Source: Octopus bimaculoides (Eukaryota). Taken from it: DNA of 64,000 nucleotides. Below, one piece after another: positions 48,050 to 60,734 of the stretch. The stretch is from the NCBI RefSeq assembly GCF_001194135.2, contig NC_068998.1, positions 3,732,662 to 3,796,661 of the forward strand, read 5' to 3'. Under the pieces are notes generated by a model, which saw only the letters and a program-made list of their open reading frames with translations, searched no databases and was not told the DNA's origin. The stretch's first letter is position 1. Each line of letters begins with the position of its first letter. Both the position numbers and the translations under genes were made by a program.

Positions 48050-50700
48050 TAATTCCTGTGCTTAGTATGCTGTTAGTGCTTAGTGGCCTAATTGTATTGT
48101 ATCTTTGTGCTTATTGTTTCTTCTTTTCGTGTTCTAATTAAGTTTTACTATTTTAATTGTTTTATTAAATTAAATTTGTGTTTAATGTTTTCATCATTGT
48201 GTTTTTATTTATCTCAAACATTTAACCGCGTCTACCGTTTACATAGCGTTCTGATTGAATTTAATAAATCTTTGGCTATCGTTGTTCTGATTCGGTTTTA
48301 GTGCTCTGGTTGTGCTTAGTGTTTTCCCTGCGTGTGCCTATTGACTGCTTAAATCTTGGCATAGAGTCGGTCCTCTTAAATTGTACTTAAATTTCTGTGG
48401 TTGTTTTCTATTTGCGTGTTTATTGCTCCTTGTATTTTAAGTGATCTGATTGAATTCTGTTATCTTATCGAAACTTAACCATATTTAGTATTGTCATGAA
48501 TTCTAACCACTTAAACCTCTATGTACTCTCCTTTAGTTGCACTTAAATCTCAGTATTTAGTGCTAAGGTTACCTTACGTATTTGCGTATATTGATTCTTT
48601 TTTTTTTCTTAATGTTCTTTACGATTTTGTTTCCACGATTTAAGTGTGTAGTACTCAAACGTGTACACACTGCTTAAATCTTTGACTATCGTTGTTCTGA
48701 ATGCATTTTAGTGCTGTAGTTGCAGTTTAGTGTTCTCACTGCGTGTGCCGACTGACTGCTTAAACCTCTGCGTATAGTCAGTCCACTTCAGTTGCACTTA
48801 AATGTCTGTAGTTGTATTGTATCTTCGTGTTTATTGCTCCTTGTGTTTTACTGTTCTAACTGGGTTTGACTTTTTTCGTTTTCGGGACTTAAGTACTCTT
48901 AATATTTTAATTGCGTTATGTTTGTACTTAAATCTTTGCACATAGTCCTCTATTTGTACTTGAATTTTTACACATGGTCCTCTGTACTGAAACTTTTACA
49001 TATTAGTCCTCTGTTTGTTGTTAGTGTCTGAGGTTCTAATTGCATCTGTGTTCATCCCCCTCTACTTCTCTGTTCCAATTTGTGTTTTACCATTTAGGTA
49101 AACCACAATTGCCGTGACTGTATTTAATATTCTGATGTCCAACTCTGCTTAAATTTCTATACATCGTCCTTTGTGCTTGAATTTCCGCGTTTAATGCTTC
49201 GGATGTGACGTATTTTTCTGTGTTTTATTGCATTGTATTTTAGTATTGTAGTTTTTTGTTTTTTATCGATTTTGTTTCCTGAACTTTACCGTATTGGTGC
49301 TGCAGTTGCGTTCTGACTACTTAAATTTCCATATAGGGCCTTTCAAATATACTGAAACCTCTGCATTTAGTGTTGTAGGTTGTCTTATGTATTTGTATTT
49401 TACTATTCTAGAAGTGTTTTGCCATTTCTGCTTTCGGGACTTAACTGTGTTTAGTATCCCAATGTGTACTGACTGTGTGTAAATCTCTGGCTATCGTTGC
49501 TCTGATCGTGTTAGTGCTCTAGTTGTGCTTAGTGTTCCCCCTGCGTGTGCCTGCTGACTGCTTGAATCTCTGCGTATAGTCGGTCCACTTAAATTGTACT
49601 TAAAAGTCTGTAGTTGTTTTCTATCTTTGTGTTTATTCCTATTTGTATTTTAGCAATCTAATTGTTTCATCGTTTTGATTTGCAGGACTTGACTGTGTTT
49701 AATAGACTAATTTCGCTACGATTGTATTTGGATCTTTGCATATAGCTTTCTGATGGTACTAAAATTTCCGTGTGCAGAACTCTGATTGTATTTAAATCTG
49801 CCTTTAATGTTCTGATTGTTTGCTATATTTGTATTCTAGTGTCATAATTTTTTTTAACCGTTTTTGTTTTCAGGACTTAACTATGCTTCATATTCGAATG
49901 CGTTCTAACCCTAAATCTCTGTTTACTGCTTTTCGATTGTACTTAAATCTCTGCGTTTAGTGTTCGGGTTGGCATATGTATTCGTGTTTATTGTTCGGTA
50001 TTTAACGATTTTATTTCCACGACTTAACCGTGTGTAATACTCTAATGCGTACACACTGCTTAAACCTTTGACTATCGTTGTTCTGAATGTATTTTAGTGC
50101 TGTAGTTGTGCTTAGTGTTCTCACTGCGTGTGTCGACTGACTGCTTAAATCTCTGCGTATAGTCAGTCCACTTCAATTATGCTTAAATGTCTCTAGCTGT
50201 ATTGTATCTTTGTGTTTATTGCTCCTTGTGTTTAAGTCTTCTGTCTTTTACTATTTTTGTCCACGCGACTTTACTATGTGTTCTGGCTGTGTGTAAATCT
50301 ATGCATATCGTTCTCTGGTTGTGCTCAAATCTTTAGTCTTTAAAGTTCGGGTTATTTTCTATCTTCACACTTATTCCTCTTTGTATTAGGGTTCTAGTTT
50401 TGAGTTTTATTATTGTGTTTTCAGCACTTAACTGTGTTGGTATTCTAATTACGTTACGATTGTACTTATATCTCTATATATCGTTTTCTGGTTGAGCTTA
50501 ATTTTTTGTGTTTAGTTTTAGGGTTCTGTAATATCCTGTTTACTGCTCTGCGTTTTATAATTTTATGATTTAATTTTCAAAACTTCGGTTTAATTTTCCG
50601 TTCGTACTTAAATATTTGCGTCAATTTCTAATTGTTTTTAAACATTTGTGTTTAAATGTCCTGATAGTTTTAATGCTAAAGCTGTGTTTGTAATTCTAAA
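48050..50700. repeat. Degenerate higher-order satellite (CTTAAATCT-based subunits in ~250-bp blocks)
   Basis: Block CTGCGTGTGCC.ACTGACTGCTTAAAYCTCTGCGTATAGTC.GTCCACTT recurs at ~48330, 48740, 49540 and 50125. Confidence 0.8.
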
Positions 50701-51057
50701 TTTAAGAATCCGTGTTCAATGGTCTGACAGTGCTGGAGTCACCGGGTTACATCTTTTTGTGTTTATGTGCCCCGGTGGCATTTGGTGTGTTGTTTGTACC
50801 CGTGTTTGATGATTGCCTTACAAACGAAGGTACAGAGACAAAAATGATTTCTCGTGGAGAGACAAAAATAACCCACAACGTTAAGTGGAATTATCTTGAA
50901 AGACTGTCGGGACAAACAACAAATATGTTGAGAAATATTTGTAATTTCAACGGTTTAGTTTCATATTTAATACATCTGGTTACGTGTATTTATACGACTA
51001 TATTTATAAATACATAAACATAAATATGCAAATGTACTGCACACATATATACATACA

Positions 51058-51162
<105 letters not shown>

Positions 51163-51638
51163 TAGACGATTAGCCTGTGTAAATACAGATATGTGTACAT
51201 GCACATACGAATGCAGTATAATACTTTAAAAATTGCAGACCTGGTGTATGTTAGTGAAGGGACCAATGGTGGGATACGAACCTTGGATTCTACATCTTCA
51301 TGAAGTGCTGCTATCTTGAGAGATAATCAGTTATCGAATGCCGAGTTCGATCCCACTCTTGGAACAGACATTTAACTCTGGATTATTCAATACAGATTTC
51401 GATGTTTACTCTGAAGTTAGCCTCGAAATAACACACATGTTCATAGATATCCACCTTTCCCCATCACTTGAACTCTAAACCAGCTTCATTCTGCCTGTTT
51501 TATGCTGTAACCGGCCAGATCTAGCTTTTCACACACACCCTACAATGTCATTCTAAAGATAAATATTCACATTATTAAAATCTTGAAGGTGTGAGATCAC
51601 GGACGCTTAATTCAAAATAATTGTGAATAAATAAGCAC

Positions 51639-51900
51639 TAATGAGGTCAAAAGTATTAGGATTAGTGCTATAAAAAAGAAACCCATAAGACTTACCAATT
51701 CAGCATTTAATCTCTTTCGAATTAGTCCCCTTCTCAAGCGACACACTTTATCCAGCATCGTTTCCATTCGTGGAAGCATTCCTGGAACTCTCTTTCTGGG
51801 ATAGCGAACAGCTGCCTCGTCGCATTCTCTTAGATTTCTTCGGCGACATTGAAATCTTGTTCCTTTCAAGTGGGATTTGATTTTTGGAAAGATTCCTGGC
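51639..51900 (-). mobile_element. Tc1/mariner remnant: transposase C-terminus plus right TIR region
   Basis: Frameshifted translation FPKIKSHLKGTRFQ / ENATRQLFAIPEREFQECFHEWKRCWIKCV matches the mariner C-terminal pattern (FPKxKxxLKGxRF...WxKCV). Confidence 0.8.
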
Positions 51901-52399
51901 CATAAAGAACCTTCAAGTCGTGTTTCTTCACACACACACACACACACACTGTCTCTATGATGGTCACTGATGGAGTCTCTGTCGTGTGGTGAGACGACCA
52001 CACTCTACACGCTTTATTTCCATGCACTGCTATAAATAACGGCGGTGTGCGAGAACGTTACAACGTAATAGGCTTGCATGACAGAGTTCAAGGTCAGTCT
52101 GTGATAAGCGGCTTCGCTCTACATACTTTAGCTCCGTTACCATAACAACAGTGTCGATACTTTTTATCAAACATCGTACATTTAGCAGAGAAATCTCGAT
52201 ACTAAACAGTTAAGAAGTGTTGACAGATTTGGCAGTTATTTCTATCAGGTTTAACTATCGTGTAGCGTCACCATCGCTGGCTCATTATTCTGGTATAAAG
52301 CTTTCGTCCTTTCAGGGTCGATAAATTAAGTACCAGTGAAACACTGGGGTTGATGTAATTGACTTTTCCCCACCCCCAAAATTGTTGCCCTTCTGGTAA

Positions 52400-54104
52400 A
52401 ATTCTGTCTCCGTCTCTCTCTCTATCTCTCTCTCTCTTTCTCTCTCTATCTTTCTCTCTCTATCTCTCTCTCTCTCTCGTGTTTCTCTCTCTCTCTCTGA
52501 CTTTTTCTGTCACTCCGTCTCTCTCACACTTTTCCCTGTCTCTCTTTCTCTTCCCCCTCTCTCTCACCACTGACACACCCACTCTCTCTCCCTCTCTCTC
52601 TCTCTCTCTCCCCTCTTGATTCTCTCTTCCTCTCTGACACCATCTCTCTCCCTTGATAACCTCTCTCTTTTCCCTGTCTCCCTCTTTCAACTCTGTCTCA
52701 CTCAGTCCATTCTGTCTCCCTCTCTCCCCCTTCCGTCTCTCTCCCCGTTCCGTCCCGTTCTCTACGCTCCTGTCTCTCTCCTTCTTCCGTCTTTCTCTAC
52801 TCCCATCTTTCTCGCTCTCTTCTCGTCTCTTTCCTCCCGTGTCTCCCTATCTCTTCTTCCCGTTCCCCGTCCCCATCTTGTCTCACCCTTCTCTCTCTCA
52901 TCTCTCCCCTCTTTCTCTCGTCTCCCCTCTTCCTACAGTATTTTCTTCTCTACCCTCCCGATTCTCTCTCACTCCACCTGTGCCTCTGTCTCTCTCCTGT
53001 GACCTCTGTCCCTTGTGACCTCTCTCCTCTGTGACCTCTCTCCCCTCTCTCTTTATCATGTCTCTCTCTTCTCCATCTCTCTCTCTTTCCCCTGTCACTA
53101 TCTCTCTTTTTCTCCTCTTCTCTCTTCCTTCTCTCTCTCACTCTCTTGCTTTCTCCTCAGTCTCTCCCACTCATTCGTCTCTCCATCTCCCTCTTGCATC
53201 TCTCAATTTTTCTCTCCTGCATCTCCCAGTCTCTCTATCATGCGGCTCTCCAGCTCTCTCTCTCTCTCTCTCTCTCTCTTGCATCTCTCCAGCTCTGTCT
53301 CTCTCTTGCATCTCTCCAGCTCTGTCTCTCTCTTGCATCTCTCCAGCTCTGTCTCTCTCTTGCATCTCTCCAGCTCTGTCTCTCTCTTGCATCTCTCCAG
53401 CTCTTTCTCTCATATGTCTCTCTAGCTCTTTCTCTCATGTGTCTCTCTAGCTCTTTCTCTCATGTATCTCTCTCTCTCTCTCCCAGTGTCTTTCTCTCTC
53501 TTTCCCTTCGGCGTCTTTCTCTCTCCCCTACGTCTTTCTCTTTCCCGTGTCTTTCTCTATCTCTTTTCCTGCTGTGTCTTTCCCCTTCTCTTGCACGCGT
53601 CTAACGCTGCTCTGTCTCTCTCTCTATCTATCTAGCTCATCTCTCTCATCTTTCCCTCTCACACCTCTCTCTCTCACACCTCTCTCTCACCTCTGTCTCT
53701 CACACCTCTCTCTCACTAATCTCTTTCTCCAATTCTCTCTCTTGCTAACCATCACTCTCTCTTCAACCCACCTCTCTGTCTCTCTTCCTTTCTCTCTGTC
53801 TCTCTTCCTTTCTCTCTGTCTCTCTTCCTTTCTCTCTGTCTCTCTCTTACATCTCTCTCTCTCTCTCACACGTCTCTCCCTCTCTTGCGTCTCTCTTACT
53901 TCTCTCTCTCTTACTTCTCTCTCTCTCTTACTTCTCTCTCTCTTACTTCTCTCTCTCTCTTACTTCTCTCTCTCTCTCTCGTCACCCCTCTCTTATCACT
54001 CGCCCCATCTCTTATTGCTTTCCCCTATTCTTACCACTCTCCCGTCTCTTTCTCTCTTCTCTCTCTCTCTCTCTCTTATCTCTCTGTTTCTCCCTCTTTT
54101 ATCT
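52400..54104. repeat. 1.7-kb CT-rich polypyrimidine tract with an internal ~26-bp tandem unit
   Basis: GCATCTCTCCAGCTCTGTCTCTCTCT about 5 times at 53280-53410; runs into a gap. The S/L-rich ORFs are artefacts. Confidence 0.9.
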
Positions 54105-56149
54105 NNNNNNNNNNNNNNNNNNNNNNNNNNNNNNNNNNNNNNNNNNNNNNNNNNNNNNNNNNNNNNNNNNNNNNNNNNNNNNNNNNNNNNNNNNNNNNNN
54201 NNNNNNNNNNNNNNNNNNNNNNNNNNNNNNNNNNNNNNNNNNNNNNNNNNNNNNNNNNNNNNNNNNNNNNNNNNNNNNNNNNNNNNNNNNNNNNNNNNNN
54301 NNNNNNNNNNNNNNNNNNNNNNNNNNNNNNNNNNNNNNNNNNNNNNNNNNNNNNNNNNNNNNNNNNNNNNNNNNNNNNNNNNNNNNNNNNNNNNNNNNNN
54401 NNNNNNNNNNNNNNNNNNNNNNNNNNNNNNNNNNNNNNNNNNNNNNNNNNNNNNNNNNNNNNNNNNNNNNNNNNNNNNNNNNNNNNNNNNNNNNNNNNNN
54501 NNNNNNNNNNNNNNNNNNNNNNNNNNNNNNNNNNNNNNNNNNNNNNNNNNNNNNNNNNNNNNNNNNNNNNNNNNNNNNNNNNNNNNNNNNNNNNNNNNNN
54601 NNNNNNNNNNNNNNNNNNNNNNNNNNNNNNNNNNNNNNNNNNNNNNNNNNNNNNNNNNNNNNNNNNNNNNNNNNNNNNNNNNNNNNNNNNNNNNNNNNNN
54701 NNNNNNNNNNNNNNNNNNNNNNNNNNNNNNNNNNNNNNNNNNNNNNNNNNNNNNNNNNNNNNNNNNNNNNNNNNNNNNNNNNNNNNNNNNNNNNNNNNNN
54801 NNNNNNNNNNNNNNNNNNNNNNNNNNNNNNNNNNNNNNNNNNNNNNNNNNNNNNNNNNNNNNNNNNNNNNNNNNNNNNNNNNTTGAAGTTGTGATGATAC
54901 AAGGTCGACCTCTGAGTGATTGAACTTGCCCTAGTCCGTTGTGTTTTACTTTTTCTCTTTTACGGTGAATTCCTTTGTAGTTCTCTTGTGCCACATTTTC
55001 AGTATATATACACAATCGGCCCATCTGGATTATTTCCCTTAAATTCTATTTTTTAAAACTATCATTTTAATTAATATGGGTTAAATATTTTCCGTGGTTT
55101 TTTATCGGTAAGGAAAAATATTCATCAGCTGATCAGGTAAGTTTCTACAGGTGATGCTATGCTGATGAGGTCCATTAGATTAAAGCATATCCATAGTTAT
55201 TTCCCTTGTTTAGCAAACAAGATCAGACTATACATTAAGTATGTAAAATCACTTTCACAGATTAAATCAAAATTGCTTCAAATTATCTCCCTTTTAAGAA
55301 TGGCTCACAGTTATCGAAGGTTTTTTTTCTTTTTTCTTTTTGAAGTCCGGCTAAAAGAGAAATTAAAGGTGCTTGTACAACCTTTCATCTCGCAATCCTG
55401 CGGTTTGGGGTTCAAACCTACTTTCCAGTACCTTGGGTTAGTGTCTTCCTCTATAGCCCCGTGCCAGAAACTTTGTTGAAGACTGTTGTGCATGTGTATG
55501 CATATAGATGTATATAGGTGTGTATATGTGTGTGTGTATGTATACATGTATGTGTGCATGTACATGTATGTGTGTATGTATACATGTATGTGTGTGCATG
55601 TACATGTGTGTATATATGCATGCATATGTCTTTATGCATGCATGTGTATGTATGTATGTATGTATGTATGTATCTATGTATATATGCGTCTTCGTGTTTG
55701 ACCTCATCATCACTTGACAACCAGTGTACGTTTGTTTACATTCTTGTAACTTGACGGTTCACCCATATCTATCATTACCAATTTTAATTGTATATTAGTA
55801 TGACGAAAGACTTCAATACTATCAGTTTTGAATTGGTTTCAGCAAGGATTTTAATCTGGCATCAATATTTACCAATATTACTCTATTAATTTCAATCACA
55901 ACACAACGTAAATCAGAAGAACTGAAAATTAATTTAATTACAAAGCCTCACTGTGAGTTAATTAATAATGTAAACGCATTCTTCGTTAATTAATAATGTA
56001 AACGCATTATTCGATTGATGTGTGGGGAAAAAGAAGGAAAGAGTCCGACAGGTGGATCCCTTCTTCATTTTTTAAGCACATGAATATCATGAATAAAATG
56101 CTTACATTTTTATTTAATTCACTGAGAAGCTTTATGATGATTGAAAATA

Positions 56150-56280
56150 TTTAAGTTAATTGGTAACATCGACCTCAGCCTGCAGCTGGTACTAACTTCA
56201 TCGATCCCGAAACGGTGAAAGAGCAAAGTGGAACTTGACGGTATTTGAACTTGGACCCTAAGGACGAATGAAATGCCACT
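56150..56280 (-). mobile_element. SINE family B, degenerate partial copy
   Basis: CATCGACCTCAGCCTGCAGCTGGTAC...GAGCAAAGTGGAACTTGACGGTATTTGAAC. Confidence 0.65.
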
Positions 56281-56284
56281 AATA

Positions 56285-56500
56285 ATGGTATAAACTTTTG
56301 GCACAAAGCCAGCAATTTCGGGGGAGAGATGTAAGTCGATTACATCAACTCCAGAGTTCAACTGGTACTTTTGTTATCGACCTCGGAAAGGTGAAAGGTA
56401 AAGTCGACCTTGAGGGAATTTGAACTCAGAATGTGAAGACGGACGAAATGCCGCTAAGCGTTTTATCCGGCGTGCTAACGATTCTGCCAGTTCGCCGCCC
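56285..56500 (-). mobile_element. SINE family B, full length ('GCTGGC' tail)
   Basis: GGCACAAAGCCAGCAATTTCGGGG...GGCGTGCTAACGATTCTGCCAGTTCGCCGCC. Confidence 0.9.
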
Positions 56501-56502
56501 TC

Positions 56503-56540
<38 letters not shown>

Positions 56541-56728
56541 CCTTTCTGCTAAAGGCACAAGGCCTGAAATCTTGGGAGAGGGGATTACATCGACCCCAGT
56601 GTTTCACTGGTACTTAATTTATCGACCCCCAAGGAATTATAGGCAAAAATCAACACCAGCGGAATTTGAACTCGGAACGTAAAGACGGACGAAATGTCAC
56701 TAAGCATTTTTACCGGCGTGCTTACGAT
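56503..56728 (-). mobile_element. SINE family B ('TAGAAAGG(ATT)n' tail), head truncated at the LINE junction
   Basis: (TAA)n then CCTTTCTGCTAAAGGCACAAGGCCTGAAAT...CCGGCGTGCTTACGAT. Confidence 0.85.
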
Positions 56729-56730
56729 GA

Positions 56731-57257
56731 TATAGGCACACGCCAGAAAAGGTCACAAAAAATGACAAAACAACAATACTATGGAATATGCCAATGCACA
56801 CAGATAGAGAAAATAAGGCCAATAGGCCAGACATAGTTGTCAGAGATCATGAAGAAAAAATGCTTTCTAATTGATGTATCAATACCAACAGATGACAACG
56901 TTTCCCTAAAAGAAATGAAGAACCCTTCAAAATACAAAGACCTGGAAATAGAGGTAACTCGAATGTGGAGTCTAAAAAGTAAAACAATTCCTTAATGGGC
57001 GCATTAGTTTGATTTAAAAAATATTCAGACAAATACATCGCACAAATACCAGGACTTACAAATATATATAACATACAGAAAATAGCACCACTAGGCACTG
57101 CACACATCCTACGTAAAATGTTTTCAATACAGTAACTATAGGAGCACCACAAGAAACTACAGCACATACCCAAGGCACACAGAGCTACACTCGGTGGTGC
57201 AGTGAAAGCACGCTATAAAAATAAGACTAGTGAATAATAATAATAATAATAATAAAC
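56731..57257 (+). mobile_element. Dong/R4-type non-LTR retrotransposon, 5'-truncated 3' end (REL endonuclease domain, 3' UTR, (AAT)n tail)
   Basis: With frameshifts reads ILWNMPMHTDRENKANRPDIVVRD / CFLIDVSIP...KYKDLEIEVTRMW / IQKIAPLGTAHILRK*. This is a PD-D/E-xK REL signature; ends in (AAT)n at ~57233-57257. Confidence 0.85.
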
Positions 57258-57717
57258 AACTAGCAAACATTGAAAACAACATGAATAAAATAAAAGATAA
57301 AAAAATATATTTAAACAACCTGCAGGGGTGAATAACGGTTTGGCATAGAAAAGGAGACATTTATAATGTTTGGAGTGAAGAATTGGGGAGGGGAGAAGCA
57401 GATTGTAATGCTAAATATATAAATTAAATAAAGAAGAATGGTAAATAATTGAAGCCTGCTGCTTCCATGCTACGAATAGGAAATGCGAATCGATGGTTGG
57501 CAAATACGGTAAATATTGTGGAAGGAAACTGTTTTAAAAAGATTAGCACTTGATTATCTGTTAGTCAATGATGTTTTAAACGAACTCCGTGCTCAATTCT
57601 TTCCTTCTTTTTTCTTTCTTTCTTTCTTTCTTTCTTTCTCTGCTGTTGTTAAATGTTTGCATCTAACACAGAAACTTAATTGAAATTTATTTTAATGAAA
57701 TGAGCACTCTCTCTCTC

Positions 57718-57760
<43 letters not shown>

Positions 57761-57904
57761 CGAGAGAGAGAATGATTGCATTCTCTATTAGTTGTCTCTC
57801 CTTTTAGCCATCGTTATATTTTATTTTGTTCTTGAAAACATTAGTTCAATTCATATTAGTTGAGCCCCTAAGTAAGGAAATTTGCAATTGAAAAATATAT
57901 ATAT

Positions 57905-58020
57905 AGGCGCAGGAGTGGTTGTGTGGTAAGTAGCTTGCTTACCAACCACATGGTTTCGGGTTCAGTCCCACTGCGTGGCACCTTGGGCAAGTGTCTTCTA
58001 CTATAGCCTCGGGCCGACCA
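57905..58020 (+). mobile_element. SINE family A, 5' part, abruptly truncated
   Basis: AGGCGCAGGAGTGGTTGTGTGGTAAGTAGCTTGCTTACC...GCCTCGGGCCGACCA. Confidence 0.9.
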
Positions 58021-58839
58021 AACTGTTAAGGGTAAGAGTACGATATTTAACTCCACCGCTGCAAGCGTAAATGTTGTAAACTTCGAAACCATTATACACG
58101 TACAGCAAGAGGTAATACAACGTACAACATCACGCAAAACACAGTGCGAAACTGGTGAAGAAAACCTTAGCAGACAATACCTGTATACTAAACAACATTT
58201 CTCTAAAAAGAAGATTAATGACAGCAGCAACACTCAGAACAGTACAATGCTAAAATAAAATATGCAAACACATTCAGAATATGAAGGTTTGGTTCTCACC
58301 GGAACTGAATTTAGCAACTGATTGCAGTTGGTGGTGAAGGTTCTGACGTAATTTAATCTGAAGATCAAGACATTTACGATCAAATACTTTGGGGGAAACC
58401 CTGGATGTATGGGTTCGAGATGCTATGTTTCACGCAGCGATTAGTCGTCGTTGCTGTCATTGAAAAACAGGTGAGTCTTGTTCAAATTGATTTATAATTA
58501 AAGGTATTCCAGTTGAGGTTATCCGTTTTTTTTCTTTTCAGGTTTTGTGTATCTAGTACTACATTATCCAGTGTGTCTTTTTTATATTTATAGTTGGAAC
58601 TTCAGGATTAGTGTCAATAATCTTTGTAGGCCTTACTACATGATAATATTGATGTGGGTAACGTCGGGAACCAAGATCTTCAGGTGAATACCTGTAGAGA
58701 AAACGGGGGGTCTAGGAAAGAAAAAGTGATTTCCTCTTAATGTTTGCTACAGAGTAAATTCTGCAACAGATATCAAAGAAACAAGTAGCAATTTTAAACT
58801 GGATAACATGTTCGGCCTATAATCTTTTTTTCAAAGACA

Positions 58840-59040
58840 TTAGTGTGGTTTGGGGATGAATTTAGCTATTTTCAGCAGAATGAGCAAGCATGTACTGGCT
58901 CTGTCAGTGGTTTTAGCTGCGGCGTTTTGTTGTTTAACACCAGGTCAGTCTTGATAGAGCAAACATATTATGAAAGAGGTTCCCGCCATGACCATCCTGT
59001 TCCATTTTAAGGATTACATTGTCCAATGTATCTTTTCTTG
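58840..59040 (+). repeat. Unclassified repeat family D, two partial blocks
   Basis: GTGTGGTTTGGGGATGAATTTAGCTATTTTCAGCAG and GTTTAACACCAGGTCAGTCTTGAT...GCCATGACCATCC...GGATTACATTGTCCAATG. Confidence 0.5.
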
Positions 59041-59479
59041 CAATGTTCGCTTGAGAATAGAATATTCCCAATGTTCCATCTGGGAATATTCTATTTGGCA
59101 AAGTTTGATCCAGGTTGTTATCCATTCCGATTTGATATGACCGGAAGATGTTGGCTAAGGAAACGATCAGACTGGACTGTGATCAGATCTTCGAAGTTTT
59201 TATTATCACCAAGATACAATTCCAAATCGTTCCAGTCACGACCATCTCACCTTATTTTCAGACAATGTATCCACATCTGTATTATGTATCCTCAGGTGTG
59301 ATTTGAAAGAAAGTTGGTTGCTACATCTAGCTGGTCAGACTGGTGATTATGTCGAGGTTTTAGTGACGTGTCTTAAGATAGTGTGTTGCCCTGTTTTTGG
59401 TATGTTTTGTGATAAGTTGTAAGAACATGTGATTTTATAACTTTGTTCCACTGAGAGAATGGTGTTTCTCGGTGATCTC

Positions 59480-59700
59480 CGTAAACACGTAATTTGTCGA
59501 GCACGTAAATTGATGAATACCTAATTTGACTCAAGAATTAAGGTTTGGAACACGTAAGTTGCTGGAGACACAAATTGTCGAACGCGTCATTTGTAGAACA
59601 CGCAAATTATTGAAAAACTTGTCGAACACGTAAGTTATCGAACACGTAAGTTACCGAACGCGTAAGTTATTCAACACGTAAGTTATCAGATACGTCAGTT
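59480..59700. repeat. 16-bp minisatellite (AACACGTAAGTTATCG)
   Basis: About 12 degenerate units, the most regular at 59625-59690. Confidence 0.85.
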
Positions 59701-60734
59701 GTTGGAAGTTGTTCCATAATCTTTGTAATTAAAAAAAAAAAAACATATATATATTATTGAAGGTTTGTATTTGTAATTAATAAAAGAGATGAGAAAGAAG
59801 CGGAAAATGGAAAGAAGGTATGTGGTAAAATTATTTCATAAAAAAATAAAATGAATAAAAAATAAAAAAGGAAATAAAGTGTTAAATAATAAAAGAAATA
59901 AATGTTAGAATTTAAGAGAAAATAAATGAATTTAAATAAACAAATGGAAAGAAAGAAAGAAGGAAATTTACAAACGAAATGGAAAGGTAGAAATGAAAAT
60001 TATGGAAGGTGAAAACGGAAGTGATTTGTGTTACTGGAAAAGGAGAGAAAGCAACAAATAAATAAACAAGGAACAAACAGCTCTAAGGAAATGAATAAAA
60101 GAAAGAAAGAAAAAAGAACCAAGAACAAAAAAGAGAAATACAGAAATGAATCAGAGAAATAAAATGAAAATCAACGAGTAAGAAATACGTTTGAATGAAA
60201 GTAAAGTCAGATAAGATGGACAGGCGGTTGAAAGTAACATCGAATTGTAAAATAGAGAATTATAAAATAGTCAAGTGAGTACAAAAATATGAATTATACC
60301 GAAAAATAGGAAAAATTAGGAAAGTACGAGTTTGTAGGGAGGTATATCTAACCTGAAAGTTCATAGGATGTCACAGGGAAGAGGCGAGACTATGAGGAGC
60401 CCTTTGTGGCGGTTCGCATAGTTAGGTAATATATTCGCAAAGTTCATATTCGAATCTATGTCTCTGTCTGTCTCTTTCTTTCTCTCTCTCTCTCTCTCTC
60501 ATGCACACTGAATATGGTCACACAAGCAAAGGATAAACATGCAGTTTTCAATGGCATCAAAGTATTCACAAAATAGTTATACAGAAGTGAGTATATATAT
60601 ATATATATATATACATACATACATACATACATACATAGAGAGAGAATAGAATTTTATCCACTAATGCTGTGTTGAGCACTCATTCTCCTTGTTCGACATT
60701 TACGTATATCTATCTATCTATATACATAATGTGT

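Noticed and set aside
57868-58260. ORFs open on both strands next to a truncated SINE A
   Set aside because: The minus ORF runs into antisense SINE sequence, and no recognisable domain is present in either frame.
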